This document shows, in pieces, positions 1 through 12,879 of a stretch of DNA of 64,000 nt (the stretch's first letter is position 1; each line of letters begins with the position of its first letter). A model generated the notes under the pieces. The model was given only the letters and a program-made list of their open reading frames with translations, did no database searches and had not been told where the DNA came from. The position numbers and the translations under genes are program-made. Source of the stretch: Bugula neritina (taxonomy: Eukaryota; Animalia; Bryozoa); assembly GCA_964035545.1 (NCBI GenBank), contig OZ037773.1, positions 215,751 to 279,750 on the forward strand. Reading direction: 5' to 3'.

Positions 1-3
1 GAC

Positions 4-1844
4 CTATCGCTATTATTTCTACTCTTCATAGTTTCAAGTAGTCTGTTTTTCTCCTCCACCGTGTCTTGCAATGTCACCACCTGTCAGCAAAGAAAAACAG
101 TTTTAGTTGCACTTCAGTTGACTCACTGATGAGAAATATACTTCAAATAAAATAATATTTGCTGAACACTTAGTTTACCTGAGCTTGAAGAGAGGACAAC
201 TCTGAATTCACTGTGGAGACCGTGAGCTTGGAAGACTCCAGCTGCTTAGAGAGCTGCAAGACTTCCTTATGTTTGTCAGCTAATTTGACTTCTAAATCTG
301 TTAGTTGATCTTTATACTTGGCACCACTGAGCTCTAAAGTTTTCAGACTGATTTCCAACTCAGATATATGAACTGCTTGTCTTTCCAACTCAGATTTGAA
401 TTTCAATTCGTTTCTGTAATCAGATTTAGGATACAACATCAATACCCTTCCTCTTCGCATAGTGAACGTACTAACTTCATATACTATACATACTTACTCT
501 TCATATACTATACACACTTACTCTTCACATACTATACATACTTACTCTTCACATACTATACATACTTACTCTTCATATACTATACACATTTACTCTTCAT
601 ATACTATACATACTTACTCTTCATATACTATACATACTTACTCTTCACATACTATACACACTTACACTTCATATACTATACATACTTACTCTTCATATAC
701 TATACACACTTACTCTTCACATACTATACACACTTACACTTCATATACTATACACATTTACTCTTCATATACTATACATACTTACTCTTCACATACTATA
801 CATACTTACTCTTCACATACTATACACACTTACTCTTCATATACTATACACACTTACTCTTCACATGCAGCTAGTTTTGCCAGCAGATTAGCGTCTGAAG
901 CTGAGGAAGTCACATCTTCTGTCTGATTCCCCATAAGCAATGAGATCTTCATTTCTAGTTGTGATATGAGTTTATTCTTTTCACTGATCTCTTCGCCATA
1001 CTTAAGAACTGTTGCAGCGAGATTAGCCCGACGTGATGTTGGCTCCATTGTAAGTGTTGCTGGTACCTCTTCACTCCTGGCGCTGTTTACTGGCGTCATC
1101 ATAACGACTGTGTTGGCACCAGATGTGACATCACCAGATGAGTCATCTCGGTTATCAGTGACTGAACTAGCAGCAGCATCAGGATTGTCAGTAAAGTTTA
1201 TCTGTTTGTGTGCAGAGACTGTCTGGGTTTCGGCAGTTGATTCACTGATGGAATTAGTTATGGATTTCTCTAAAACAAGCAACTATGAAGTCAAATAAAA
1301 TAAAAAAGCTGATTTAAAATCTGCTGATACAATTTTATAAATAAAACGCAACACAAAATTATAGATATACACAACACATATTTATTTAGTGTCTCAACTG
1401 TTTTCTAGACATACAGTTGGATCCTTTTTGGTTAGCTGGGACCTCATACGATCAGGTTACTTAGGTGTGTACTGACTACAGCTTATAGACGGAAACAGCG
1501 TAGTTAGTTGAGTGACTAGTTGACAGTTGAATGAGCATAGAGAAACACTAACAGTGAGTGACACTGACAGTGAGTGACACTGACAGTGAGTGACACTGAC
1601 AGTGAGTGACACTGACAGTGAGTGACACTGACAGTGAGTGACACTGACAGTGAGTGACACTGACAGTGAGTGACACTGACAGTGAGTGACACTGACAGTG
1701 AGTGACACTGACAGTGAGTGATACTGACAGTGAGTGACACTGACACAGGATAAAATTTGAAGACTGACCAGCATGCTCAGAGACCTTGACCTTAGCGTTA
1801 GGAGAGCCCTCTTGCTCTATCTTCTGCTTCAGTTTCCTAAACAT
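4..1844 (-). CDS. GOLGA4: Golgin subfamily A member 4 (golgin-245)-like coiled-coil protein, 5' part; the gene continues beyond the window start
   Basis: ATG at 1844 gives MFRKLKQKIEQE, matching the N-terminal MFKKLKQKI motif of GOLGA4-type GRIP golgins. In-phase exons 1844-1769, 1269-858, 413-179 and 80-~4 encode heptad coiled coil (e.g. LKYGEEISEKNKLISQLEMKISLL, LTDLEVKLADKHKEVLQLSKQLE). A probable 5'UTR exon donor lies at 3873 with an acceptor at 1860. The GRIP domain is not in the window, so GOLGA1 is not fully excluded. Confidence 0.7.
474..866. repeat. 24-bp minisatellite (~16 copies) in a golgin intron; the unit contains the exon end plus the GTAAGT donor
   Basis: Unit CATACTTACTCTTCACATACTATA; on the - strand it reads TATGTGAAGA|GTAAGTATGTATAG, matching the real donor at 858/857. 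Confidence 0.95.
1550..1745. repeat. 16-bp minisatellite (CAGTGAGTGACACTGA) x~12, intronic
   Basis: Directly visible tandem array. Confidence 0.95.
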
Positions 1845-4800
1845 CACTGAGCTGTTCTTCTAGAAAAGTAATGAATGACATTTCACCTAAAAATATTCAT
1901 GCAATGAGTGCATTAACAGAACTGAGCACACAGCTAACTGATGGCAGTAAATTAGTTTATTAATTAATCAAATATAAGTTAAACAATGAAAATAATTAAC
2001 CTAGCCCAGTTCAGAGCAGCATGTGTGAAATAATGAGTGAATTATAACTTACACTAACTTATCTTAAATAAATATAGACTTGATTATACTCACATCACCT
2101 CACCACTAGCATCCTACATGTTTTTATAATCTTTAATTGAAGAAAATGCAGAGAACCAAACAAAAAACGGAAGGATTACATATTTTGAGGCACTGAAATA
2201 AGTTTTGTAAATTATTCACAATTAATTGTGTATCAAGAGAGGCAACATCTCTAGGTGCCTATCAGTATATAGAGATTTGCGTAACACTGGAAAATTTTCA
2301 TGCCATAGGCTGATTAGGACACAAGAGTCTGCTTCTCATTGCACGATAAACCTAGAAAAAGTTCCTGGGAAATTAATGAGTTATGAGATGGTAGGTAGGA
2401 AAGCTTAAAAAGCTTTGGCCCCCTCTAGAGACAACCAGCTAAGCTTGAACAACTGTTCAAATTAAACAAGCTTTCAGTTTTTTATATAACATATGAAGCG
2501 CAAAAAAATTTTTATCTTCAAGTTTATCTATAACTCACTTAAAATTATTTATCAAACTGCATAGAAAGACCTAAGGCTCATGACTAAAAAGACAGTGTTT
2601 CGCATTATAGAATGTAGCATGTATTGCCTACTTAATAGCAATATGAATATTAAGCATTGAAAAATCACGTTCACTCTACTCATATATAGCAAGAATTTGT
2701 CTAAAATCCTCACAGTATGAAGCAATATAATTAGAAGGCTAATACTAATAGCAATACTGATAGTAATAGTAATTTATCAATTAAAAAATAGCCATAATTA
2801 AAGTTTGTATTTTATCAACTACTACTAGTACTACTAGTAGTAGTACTACTAGCAACATAACTTATCGATAAGCATTTCAATAATCGATAAGCATTTCAAC
2901 TGACAAAAAGCAAAAGCATGTTTTTAAAATCAGTATGACTATGAGAATGACTATGATAGTAAAATTATTATGATGGTCATGGCATTGAATTAATTATAAT
3001 TATTATTGAATCACTCAACCAGAAATGAGTAATGAACATCAACATGTAATATTTTAAAAATTAAATTTAACGATTATCATTATGATTATAACTATAACTA
3101 TAAGTTTAAGTATAACTATAAGATTTAATTTGCCAAAATCTAAATAATAAACAAGAATCAAAATTGTCAATTTTACATGATGATGATGATGATCAATTTT
3201 TCGTACTCATAATAATATATATAATTATTGAGCGATTTTAATTAAATGATTATTATTCATACTAAAATTCATATTTAATCATTTTTATAGTTATACTTGT
3301 TATATCGAGACATGGAGTTTAAAGTTGAAGTAACTGTAACACTAACTGTAAGTCAAAGTGTGTCTATTCAGCTTATCGATATAGCTGTCTGCTGGTAGGA
3401 CAATCACAATGACAGTCTTAAGACCAATACAGATACTGATAGTAATATGCAGACAGCCAATACCGTATGCCAGCCAATGTTAGCCACTAAATATAAATAG
3501 TAAATTACCATTATAACATACTTATAGTAATACTATAACTATAACTATTAGTATTAGTATTACTATTACTGTATTAGTATTAGTATTACATTAGTATAAG
3601 TATTAGTATTACTATTACTAATTTTTATTATCAATTAATGAATTATGGTTTATTATAATTATTTTAGTTAACGTCGATTTGTTACCAATTTTTATTTTAT
3701 TGTATATGTGTAATTTCATACTCAAACTTAAACTTCTAAATTAACTTGAAGACTTTTATTCTAAAACTTCAAATACTAGTAGAATTAAAACTAAAAGTAA
3801 AACTAAATGCAAAACAGAAACTCGAACTGTAAAACTAAAGGAAAAGGCAACGATGTTGTATCACGATTTTTACCTTAGTTGTAGTTGTCTCCTTTTAAAT
3901 ATTTTGTTTATGGAGGGTGCACAACTCCGTTTGGGTATCATAGTCAAAATAATTATTACATCAATAAAATATGTATGGATGGAACAGATATAAAACAGAT
4001 GTGTTTATGAGAGATTGAGGAGACTGAGTGGTTGAAGATTATGATTAAGAATTATGGACAGAGCAGAAAAGAAGTGTTTAAATACAATGATGCTCATTAC
4101 GATTATTTATAAACATTGTATTTCCAATGTTTTACTCTAATTATATTTTTTCAAGCGTGCTTTCCAAAATAACTAAGCTGTGCCATGTATATATTGGCAA
4201 TTGTTGCTAATTTTGTCTATTAAAAAAACTTTTTTGTTTTTGGTGTGCTTTCTTCCTTCTTATGGGCACTTTCAATGTATATTATACTTTCAGTTACCGA
4301 GTTTTGTCTTATGGTTTTTTTTATTTTCACTGTTTATGCTAAGTTTGTTTTATTAGACTTAGAGACTGATTGAAGAATTTGTGATAGTTCATTGCTCTAG
4401 ATATCAAAGGTCAACTTCAGATAGATCTATACAAGCCAAAACTGACTATTATGAATAACACAAGTAACACTGTGTAAACATTTATACATCAAGACAAGGC
4501 ATATTCAGCATATCATCAACACTGTTTAAAAAAGTTGACAAAAGTTTACATATTATAGGGTGGTTATATTCTTTAAAAGAAGCATTGTGTGATTGGTGAT
4601 CAATAGGTTAATAACTATATATGCCAGCTAATTTGATTGCATTATTTGCTCAGTTACAGCCTGCATAGTTTTTCTTTGTAAAATATTTTAAATGTGAATG
4701 GAACAGGAAAGCGTGCAGCAGCCATCACATGACCAGTAAATGCTTGTGCACATGCCGCATGTGTTTCATATAAATATTTTACTATTAGAATATAATCCAG

Positions 4801-5248
4801 CAATCCAAACAGGACAAATGGGAGATAGGTGAGTATAGGTCCGGAAATCATAATGATGTTAAAAATCTATGACAACTGATTGTGATGCTTAATTTTATAT
4901 CGCGTTTGTATTTTTTTAATAAGTCACGTAAAATTGCAAAATCAATTAATAATTCTAATGAAATAAATTATATTAGAATTCAAAATAATGGCAGTTAGTA
5001 TACGTGTAAAGGATAAAAAAAGTAATATCACAGCTCAGATGTTAGTTTAAAGGCCATTCCTCAGCAGTATTTGCACAGTAAATATATTATATTATATCAG
5101 AATAATATATATCTCGAGCTAGCATAGTATTAATAGTATAAAATATCATATAAGGCTGCAAATCAGATCATATTATTATGTAGCAAACGATGCTATGCAA
5201 ACCATAAAATAATGATAAAGTCAAGCTGGTGGATAAACAAAAAATTTC

Positions 5249-8200
5249 TCATCCAACTAGCCAATAAAATTGAAACATGAAAATGAGGCTGACAGATGAT
5301 AACACTTTTGACATCGTGTTACATCTATCTCCTTTGCATGAACACTTCAGAGTCCTGCTCCGAATATTTGGTTCTCTGTAAATATCTGCATCTTTGTTGA
5401 GACACTCAGAGTTGTCATAGATGGAGCCACATGACCTTGTTACTGCAATAGTGATCAGTTAGAATAAATAAACGATTGTAGCCAGTGTACGTGTGCATTG
5501 TATGTGTGTCTGTGTGTACATGTATGAGTGTTCTCTTATGCTCTAAATTACTTACCACCGGTGGTCTTCACCCCGGAGATACGAGAAATCACTTTGAGTT
5601 TTGTGCAGCCACCATTTTCCAGAGTGTTAAATTTTTTGTCGCAAGAAACTTCGTGTTTTACATTTCCTTCGTAGGCATCGCCGCAGTCACTGTCATAACC
5701 TGTACACTCATAGCACACCGTGGCCTTAGCTCCTGCAGTGATGTATAAAATATATGTTTACAATTGTCCTTCTTGCCTTTAAAGAGTTAATTGTTACTGA
5801 CTAGCTTTTAGCTCTGAACTTCATCACTACAGTTATAGGAACCTAACACCCCATAATTATTAGTTGAGCATTTATGAAACTTGCCCCCAGTCGCTATATA
5901 GTAGTATAGTATTAATTTTATTCACTAGCTCTGCAGAGAAGGCACAACTACAAACTGAGCATATTAACTACAACAATATACAAAGGTGTGGCCTGTGTGA
6001 TAGTTATGAATAGCTTGATAGGAGAGTATACAGGTGATAGAGAGAGTGTATTTATCTACAGAAAGATAGTATAGAGTGAGTATATAGAGAGAGTATATAG
6101 AGAGAGTATATAGAGAGAGTATATATAGAGAGAGTATATAGAGAGAGTGTGTATAGATATAGTATAGAGAGTATATATATAGAGAGTATATAGAGAGTAT
6201 ATAGAGTGAGTATATAGATGGTATATAGAGTGAGTATATATAGAGAGAGTATGTAGAGAGAGTATAGAGAGAGTATATAGAGTGAGTATATAGAGAGAGT
6301 ATATATAGAGAGAGAGTATATAGAGAGAGTGTGTATAGATATAGTATTGAGAGTATATATATAGAGAGTATATAGAGAGTATATAGAGTGAGTATATAGA
6401 TGGTATATAGAGTGAGTATATATAGAGAGAGTATGTAGAGAGAGTATAGAGAGAGTATATAGAGTGAGTATATAGAGAGAGTATATAGAGAGAGTATATA
6501 GAGAGAGTATATAGAGAGAGAGTATATAGAGAGAGTATATATAGAGAGTATATAGACGGTATATAGAGAGAGTATATAGACGGTATATAGTGAGTATATA
6601 GAGAGAGTATATAGAGAGAGTATATAGAGAGAGTATATAGAGAGAGAGTATATAGAGAGAGTATATATAGAGAGTATATAGATGGTATATAGAGAGAGTA
6701 TATATAGAGAGAGTATATAGAGAGAGTATATATAAAGAGTATATAGAGAGAGAGTATATAGACGGTATATAGAGTGAGTATATAGAGAGAGTATATAGAG
6801 AGAGTATATAGAGAGAGTATATAGAGAGAGAGAGTATATATAGAGAGTATATAGAGTGAGTATATAGACGGTATATAGAGTGAGTATATAGAGAGAGTAT
6901 ATAGAGAGAGTATATAGAGAGAGTATATAGAGAGAGAGTATATAGAGAGAGTATATATATAGAGAGTATATATAGAGAGTATATAGAGAGAGTATATATA
7001 GAGAGAGTATATAGAGAGAGTATAGGGAGAGAGAGTATATAGAGAGAGTATATAGAGAGAGAGTATAGAGAGAGAGTATATATAGAGAGTATATAGAGAG
7101 TATATAGAGAGAGAGTATATAGAGTGTATATAGAGAGAGTATATAGAGTGTATAGAGAGAGTATATAGAGTGAGTATATAGACGGTATATAGAGGGTATA
7201 TAGGGAGAGTGTGTATATCTACAAAGAGATAGTTTAGAGTGAGTATAGAGGGTATATAAAGAGAATGTGCAACAAAAGAGAGATTTTTAATAGATAATTT
7301 AGGAATGCTGCTACATCTAGAGACTAGAAATGGCCTATTCTACTATTAGGCTGTTATACCTTGTGCATAGCTGATACACTCACACTGTACGTGTCAGAAG
7401 ATTTTGTTTTTTATAGTTATAACATGAATAACATAGTTCTCTCTCACATATGTTCTTAGTAGTGAGTATAGCAATAGACAGGTTAACATAGCAGCTTGTA
7501 TGTAATGCTGTCAAACATTAATTAGTTAGCTCCTAGGTAATCAGTAGCAAACTAATTGAAGACAATACATATAGCTTGACAGTCAATACCAGCTACTCTA
7601 GCTACAATGATGACAGGGACAATAACAGCTACAAATAATGAAAGACTATCTGCTATTAATATTACATATTGCTCTATGCAGGACTAATTATGCAACATGA
7701 TACACATTAGCATAGCTCTTCACTGCTGTCCCGAATTCTGATATTGGATAACAAGTGCATACACATAGACATGCATAACATGAAACCCCCAGCTTGGTAG
7801 TCCCATATCAAAGGCTCACTCTGCTTGCTATCTCTCGTTTTGGATATAATGTATATCCACTGATGAGATGATTAGAAGATTGATTAGACTTAGAATTGAA
7901 AGAGAGAGACAGCAAGTGAACAGTGAGATAAAGATTCTCAGACTAGACAGCCACCAGAATACCTGGTTACTTAAACCAGAATAAGCTAACATTCCATCAA
8001 TGCTATTTGTTTGCAGTTAGAATCATCAAGTTAAAGTAGCCGAGCGAGAAGTTAATTATTTTGGGCTTAACAACATTGTTTGAAGTAGTTATAAGGATGT
8101 TTTAAAGTGCTTAGCCTAGGAACCTAGACATATACCCTGACCTGGAGGTTCAACCTTCCTTACAGATTCAGTTAGGGACTCGAGCTAATCTCATATAGCC

Positions 8201-8563
8201 TAGCAATATGTCTCAATGCACCAACCCCAAGCTTGACTTGTTTAGTAATTGATTTGACTTGGTTAGTAATTGATTTGACTTGGTTAGTAATTGATTTGAC
8301 TTGTTTAGTAATTGATTTGACTTGTTTAGTAATTGATTTGACTTGGTTAGTAATTGAGAAGATTTGATTTGCTGTGGCTTCAACCTCTCTCTACTGAGAA
8401 AGAATAGTTGTAGTATTGCTACATTATGCAGTGTGGTATTAGTATTGTTATATCATTATATATTATGTATTATTGTTATATTATTAACATTATACATCTA
8501 CTTACCAGAAAACAGTGTTAATACAGTAACAAGCGTAAAAACACTGATAGAGATAATATGCAT
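5249..8563 (-). CDS. Ly6/uPAR three-finger protein, Quiver/Sleepless-like, with predicted signal peptide and GPI anchor (142 aa)
   Basis: Exons 8563-8506, 5732-5556 and 5442-5249 (both introns phase 1) give MHIISISVFTLVTVLTLFSGAKATVCYECTGYDSDCGDAY...GCTKLKV...VTRSCG...CSCKGDRCN...LIFMFQFYWLVG*. It has 10 Cys, the CYxC start, the CxxDxCN end and a hydrophobic C-terminal tail. The ORF track misses it. Confidence 0.85.
6065..7260. repeat. (GA)n-GTATATA compound microsatellite, ~1.2 kb, in intron 1 of the Ly6 gene
   Basis: Irregular GAGAGAGTATATA units. Confidence 0.95.
8234..8356. repeat. 21-bp minisatellite x~6
   Basis: TGACTTG(T/G)TTAGTAATTGATT in tandem. Confidence 0.9.
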
Positions 8564-9394
8564 GTTCCAACAGGATTTAGTGTACCAGCACACCAGTTTA
8601 TTACAAACTTATATTGACTGCGCCTACATCCGTACCAATTAGTACTTAGTAGTCCGGGGTACTACTATCAACACTATTTCTTTTGAATATACTATGTATT
8701 ATGCTCAACAATGCTGCATGAATGCAGGCTTTTGTATTATTGAGATGCAACAGTAGAATAAAAATCAATGTGGTTTATGTTGTCCATAGCAACAGCCTAT
8801 AGAAGTGCTAACGCTAGAAAATGTTATTATCCAAAGCAGTCCAATCGAGAGGGCTGTAAGACCCGATGATGTTTTTTACAAAATGATATATTAACTCTCC
8901 ATTTTACCCTAGATGAGTTTAAAAACATTGTAGATCAGTAAAAGTTAATAAACAAAACTGCATCAAGAGTGCAATATGTTCAAGTATACTTTTTACTAGC
9001 AGTAAACATCACAGTATATAATTAAGTTTAGTGTATAGATGCTTCAAACTTTGTCTGAAATAAAATACATACCAGCATATCTTGTAAGTTTGATTTCACG
9101 AAAGAGTTATTACAACAAATTCAGAAAATACAATTGGTAGGTAGGCTATAATGTTGATAACAAACTGGCAACATGAGCAGTTACAGATAATTAGTTAAAT
9201 GACACAACACCAAGCATCAATTTCAACAGTTGAACTTAGAATTACAAACTCAAGCTACGGGCAAAGTTCTTCTCTGCATCAAATTAATTAGAAACTCACT
9301 GTAAACAGTGAGATAATCTTGGAGTGATTTAGTGTATTATCTGCATACATGCTATCATGATTAGCTAGCTGTTGTCTGCACTTTAAACATCTCT

Positions 9395-11266
9395 TTAGCG
9401 CACTACATAAAGTAGAATCATTGTCACTGCTAACAAATATGCAGGTGTCACAGTAAGGTGTATGCAGCTGTTTTCTTTCCTTGTTAGCTCCCATGTCAAA
9501 GTGATCTCTTTCCCTGCAATATTTGTATATGAATAATATGAGGTACATTGAGGTACACATTCAACTATACTGGTAACTAGTTATAGTAATAGAGTCTTGA
9601 CTATAATCAGTATATACTAGTATTGTCTACCAACCCCTTCAGCTGTCTAGTCTATAATGTTTGACATACAACCTACACTTTGGTGCCAATATTCAAAGTA
9701 TACAGTAGTCCATAGCACAATATAGGAAAGGTAATCAACTTAACTAACCAAGACCATTGCTAGCACGACAGATCACTTTTTCATTAGTTGTGTTGGCTTG
9801 GAGGTTGACTATGTATGAACCAGAAGACTCTGCTAGTTCTAATAGCTGCCATTCCCAAGTAAAGTTGGTTGGTGAGGGGTTTGCTGTTAGATGCTCCCAA
9901 GTAAAGTTGGTTGGTGAGGGGTTAGCTGTTAGATGCTTGATGCAGTTTAAAGTTATCTCCAAGTCGTTGGAATTAAACTCAACAACAATAGGGTTGTCTG
10001 TTCCAGTTTTAATATCAATATCTGCGTGAACAGACTGCTCAAAATTATATGGGAAGACTTAAAGCATCTGTCTAATGATGTAGCTGAGCGGACAAATATC
10101 TACCTGATTTTAGTGATTAGTCAGTAAACATAAAGAAAACAGAGCAATAGAAAGAGCTAAATTTAATTGCTTACATTTTGGTTTGACATTGGTTTGAGTA
10201 TAAACATTTCCTCCTTTCCAATTGACATGCACCATATCTCTGCAAGAGAGCGTTACTCCCGCTCTGTCCTTTTTAGTAGGCGAGTATTGTTTCGTTTCAT
10301 TCCAAATATCTCCATTAAGTTCTGAAGAGAAAAAGAAATCTCGCCATGATTGAAGAAGAAAAATTAGGTATGTACATACTTATACTTATATATACATATA
10401 ATATTTATTTGTACACATATAGGTATTTATACCCATATATACCTATACAGATATACATATATACCTATACAGATATACATATATACATACACATATACAT
10501 ATATATATATGCAACACTTACCATACACATATACAGATTTTGGGATAGCATTTGAGGAATTACAACTGAACCCAAACCATTTATCTTCTTCCACATTACC
10601 ATGTATGGTGAGAGATAGATTCTGTGGGGCAACTAAAAATATTATAATTGAATGAGTGTATACGTTCACTTTATCACAAAGTCCATAGGTACTGTGAATA
10701 ATTGACGCAATATCTATTTTCACAGTAGAAGAGTTTGAATTTTTACTTTACTGTAGCTGCAAGCCTTATTATAAAAACTGTAAGTTATTTATTTAAAATG
10801 ATGTTTAATAAATTAATAAATTAAAGCAAATTAAGATATTAACATACTAATAATACGTGATACAGATGTGCTTATTCACACAATTGGTCGGAAATGCTAA
10901 CTTAATTATTTTGTTATAATATGCATTACACCAATTAGAAGTACTGCGTATTTGAGTACCTATATTTAACAAAGGTTCTAAATCAACTCAATTCAATTAT
11001 TGTTTATAAAACTGCCGTGTGCGCTGTGTATGTAGGCATGTGTGTATGTAGGTTTGTGTGTATGTAGGTATGTGTGTATGTAGGCATGTGTGTATGTAGG
11101 TTTGTGTGTATGTAGGTATGTGTGTATGTAGGCATGTGTGTATGTAGGTATGTGTGTATGTAGGTGTGTGTGTATGTAGGTATGTGTGTATGTAGGTATG
11201 TGTGTATGTAGGTATGTGTGTGTGTGTGTGCGTGGGTTTGTGTGTGTGCGTGAGTTTGTGTGCGTG

Positions 11267-11298
<32 letters not shown>

Positions 11299-11992
11299 AG
11301 TAGGCAGAACAAGTTATAGAATGGTATTTTTATTTTAAGTAACGACACCTTTAATAGCAACTCTATGACGTAATGAGTCGACAGCTTGAGTATTCTCCCC
11401 TACTCTCTCAAGTCCTGAACAATAAAACTCTCCAAAGAAAGACTCCGACACTATTGTGAGATTCTGGACCAAGTTGAATCCAGTAGTTGACCCTACCGAT
11501 CTGCACTCTTCATCAGAGATTGGAGATGCCTGTACGGCACTGGTGTCATTGTTGAAGGACTTTGATAACCAATTGTTCTGAAGGTTTATAAAACAGCCTC
11601 TTTTGTAAGTCCTCTTCAGATAGTCAAATTTAAAATAAAGAAGTCTTAAGTTGGTGAATCTCGAGGGAGCACATGTCCATTTCATGACATCGTAGGTGTA
11701 AAAGTCTGGTGAACTTGGATTTGCTAAGCGAACTTGTAAAGCTGGCTGAGCAAATGCATGTTCTATAACAGACATGCACAAATATTTTTATAAATAACCA
11801 TATAGTAAAATATGCTTAGAAAAATAATTTGCTACATTATAAATATATGTGTTGAAATGTTATTGTTTTAGTCAGCATATTCTAAGTGCATACAGGATAC
11901 TCTTAGTATGGCTCAATATTTTTACCTGAAAAGTATGCAAACTTTAGTACAGTTATCAGGAAAAACAAAGCATTGAAGTCTCCAGCTTTCAT
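9395..11992 (-). CDS. Secreted/GPI-type protein with three Ig-like domains (~388 aa)
   Basis: Exons 11992-11926 (signal [22 protein letters not shown]), 11762-11349, 10632-10522, 10321-10175, 10057-9749 and 9513-9395; all introns are phase 1, as is typical of IgSF genes. Ig motifs include WTC...[17 protein letters not shown]...TLSC and LNC...[10 protein letters not shown]...[10 protein letters not shown]. The C-terminus is a hydrophobic tail, [15 protein letters not shown], with no cytoplasmic domain. Confidence 0.75.
11015..11300. repeat. (GTAT/GT)n-type microsatellite, intronic
   Basis: TGTGTATGTAGG(T/C)A units grading into (GT)n. Confidence 0.9.
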
Positions 11993-12879
11993 TGCAACTT
12001 TTGCTGTTGACCAGCATTTCTGATTTTATAATTAAAATTTGTTTCAATTGTTACGAGTTGAGCCACAGAAGTTACTATGATTGTTAAATACCAATAACTA
12101 AGTTTATAGCTAGCAATATTGTTTGTGCGCTCATTGCTATTGTTGTAATGTTTAACACAAAAGTAATATATTTCAGCAATAATCATTTTGTAATGAACCA
12201 TCAAGAATGACACGTTATAGAATACTTACTAAATCACTTTTAGAAAACAAACTATAAAATGTGTACATGTTGGAAGTGAATTTGTATACTTGTAGAAATA
12301 AAGATATTTTGCAACAGATAGGAGTGATAGCGTGCACCACATAAGAGAGGAACAAGTGGTCACCATCACAATATTGCAAGAAAGGACAAAACAGAGCTGG
12401 CTATTGCTGTTGCTCAACTTACTCTGGTCTGTAGCTTGTAATAGCCTCTGTTAGATAATATTGTCATGGGATAACTGAGGAACTGTTATTATCTTATAAG
12501 CATGAGTTTCTAGGCTTTACATCTGAAAGTGGTACCCTTGTTTATACTCTAGAATTTTGAGCTGTTAGAAAAGTAATTATGTAAAAGATTGCTTTGTAGT
12601 TATTTCATATGCACATAAGGAAACACATATTGGTTTGTCAAGCCTAAATTATACTTTATTGGAAACAATGGCATCCTGTGACAATAAGAATAACCCCTGC
12701 ATTCATATTAAACAATCCAAGTGAGTTGGAGCATTACACATATGTTAATAATTGTCATACAAACTTCAATCATGGAGCATAATTAATTTTACAAGTCAGT
12801 AATAATTTAGTGTTTCTCCAGCTATCTGTGTGTCTAAGGCTATTGTTGTTAGCCTAAGGCTACTGTTGTTAGCCTAAGG

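Noticed and set aside
1461-1515. Additional golgin exon
   Set aside because: It ends in phase 2, which is incompatible with the next acceptor, whereas 1769-1269 splices in phase.
7690-8410. Possible nested exons on the - strand in Ly6 intron 1
   Set aside because: Splice-like sites exist, but I could not chain them into a consistent open frame or a recognisable protein.
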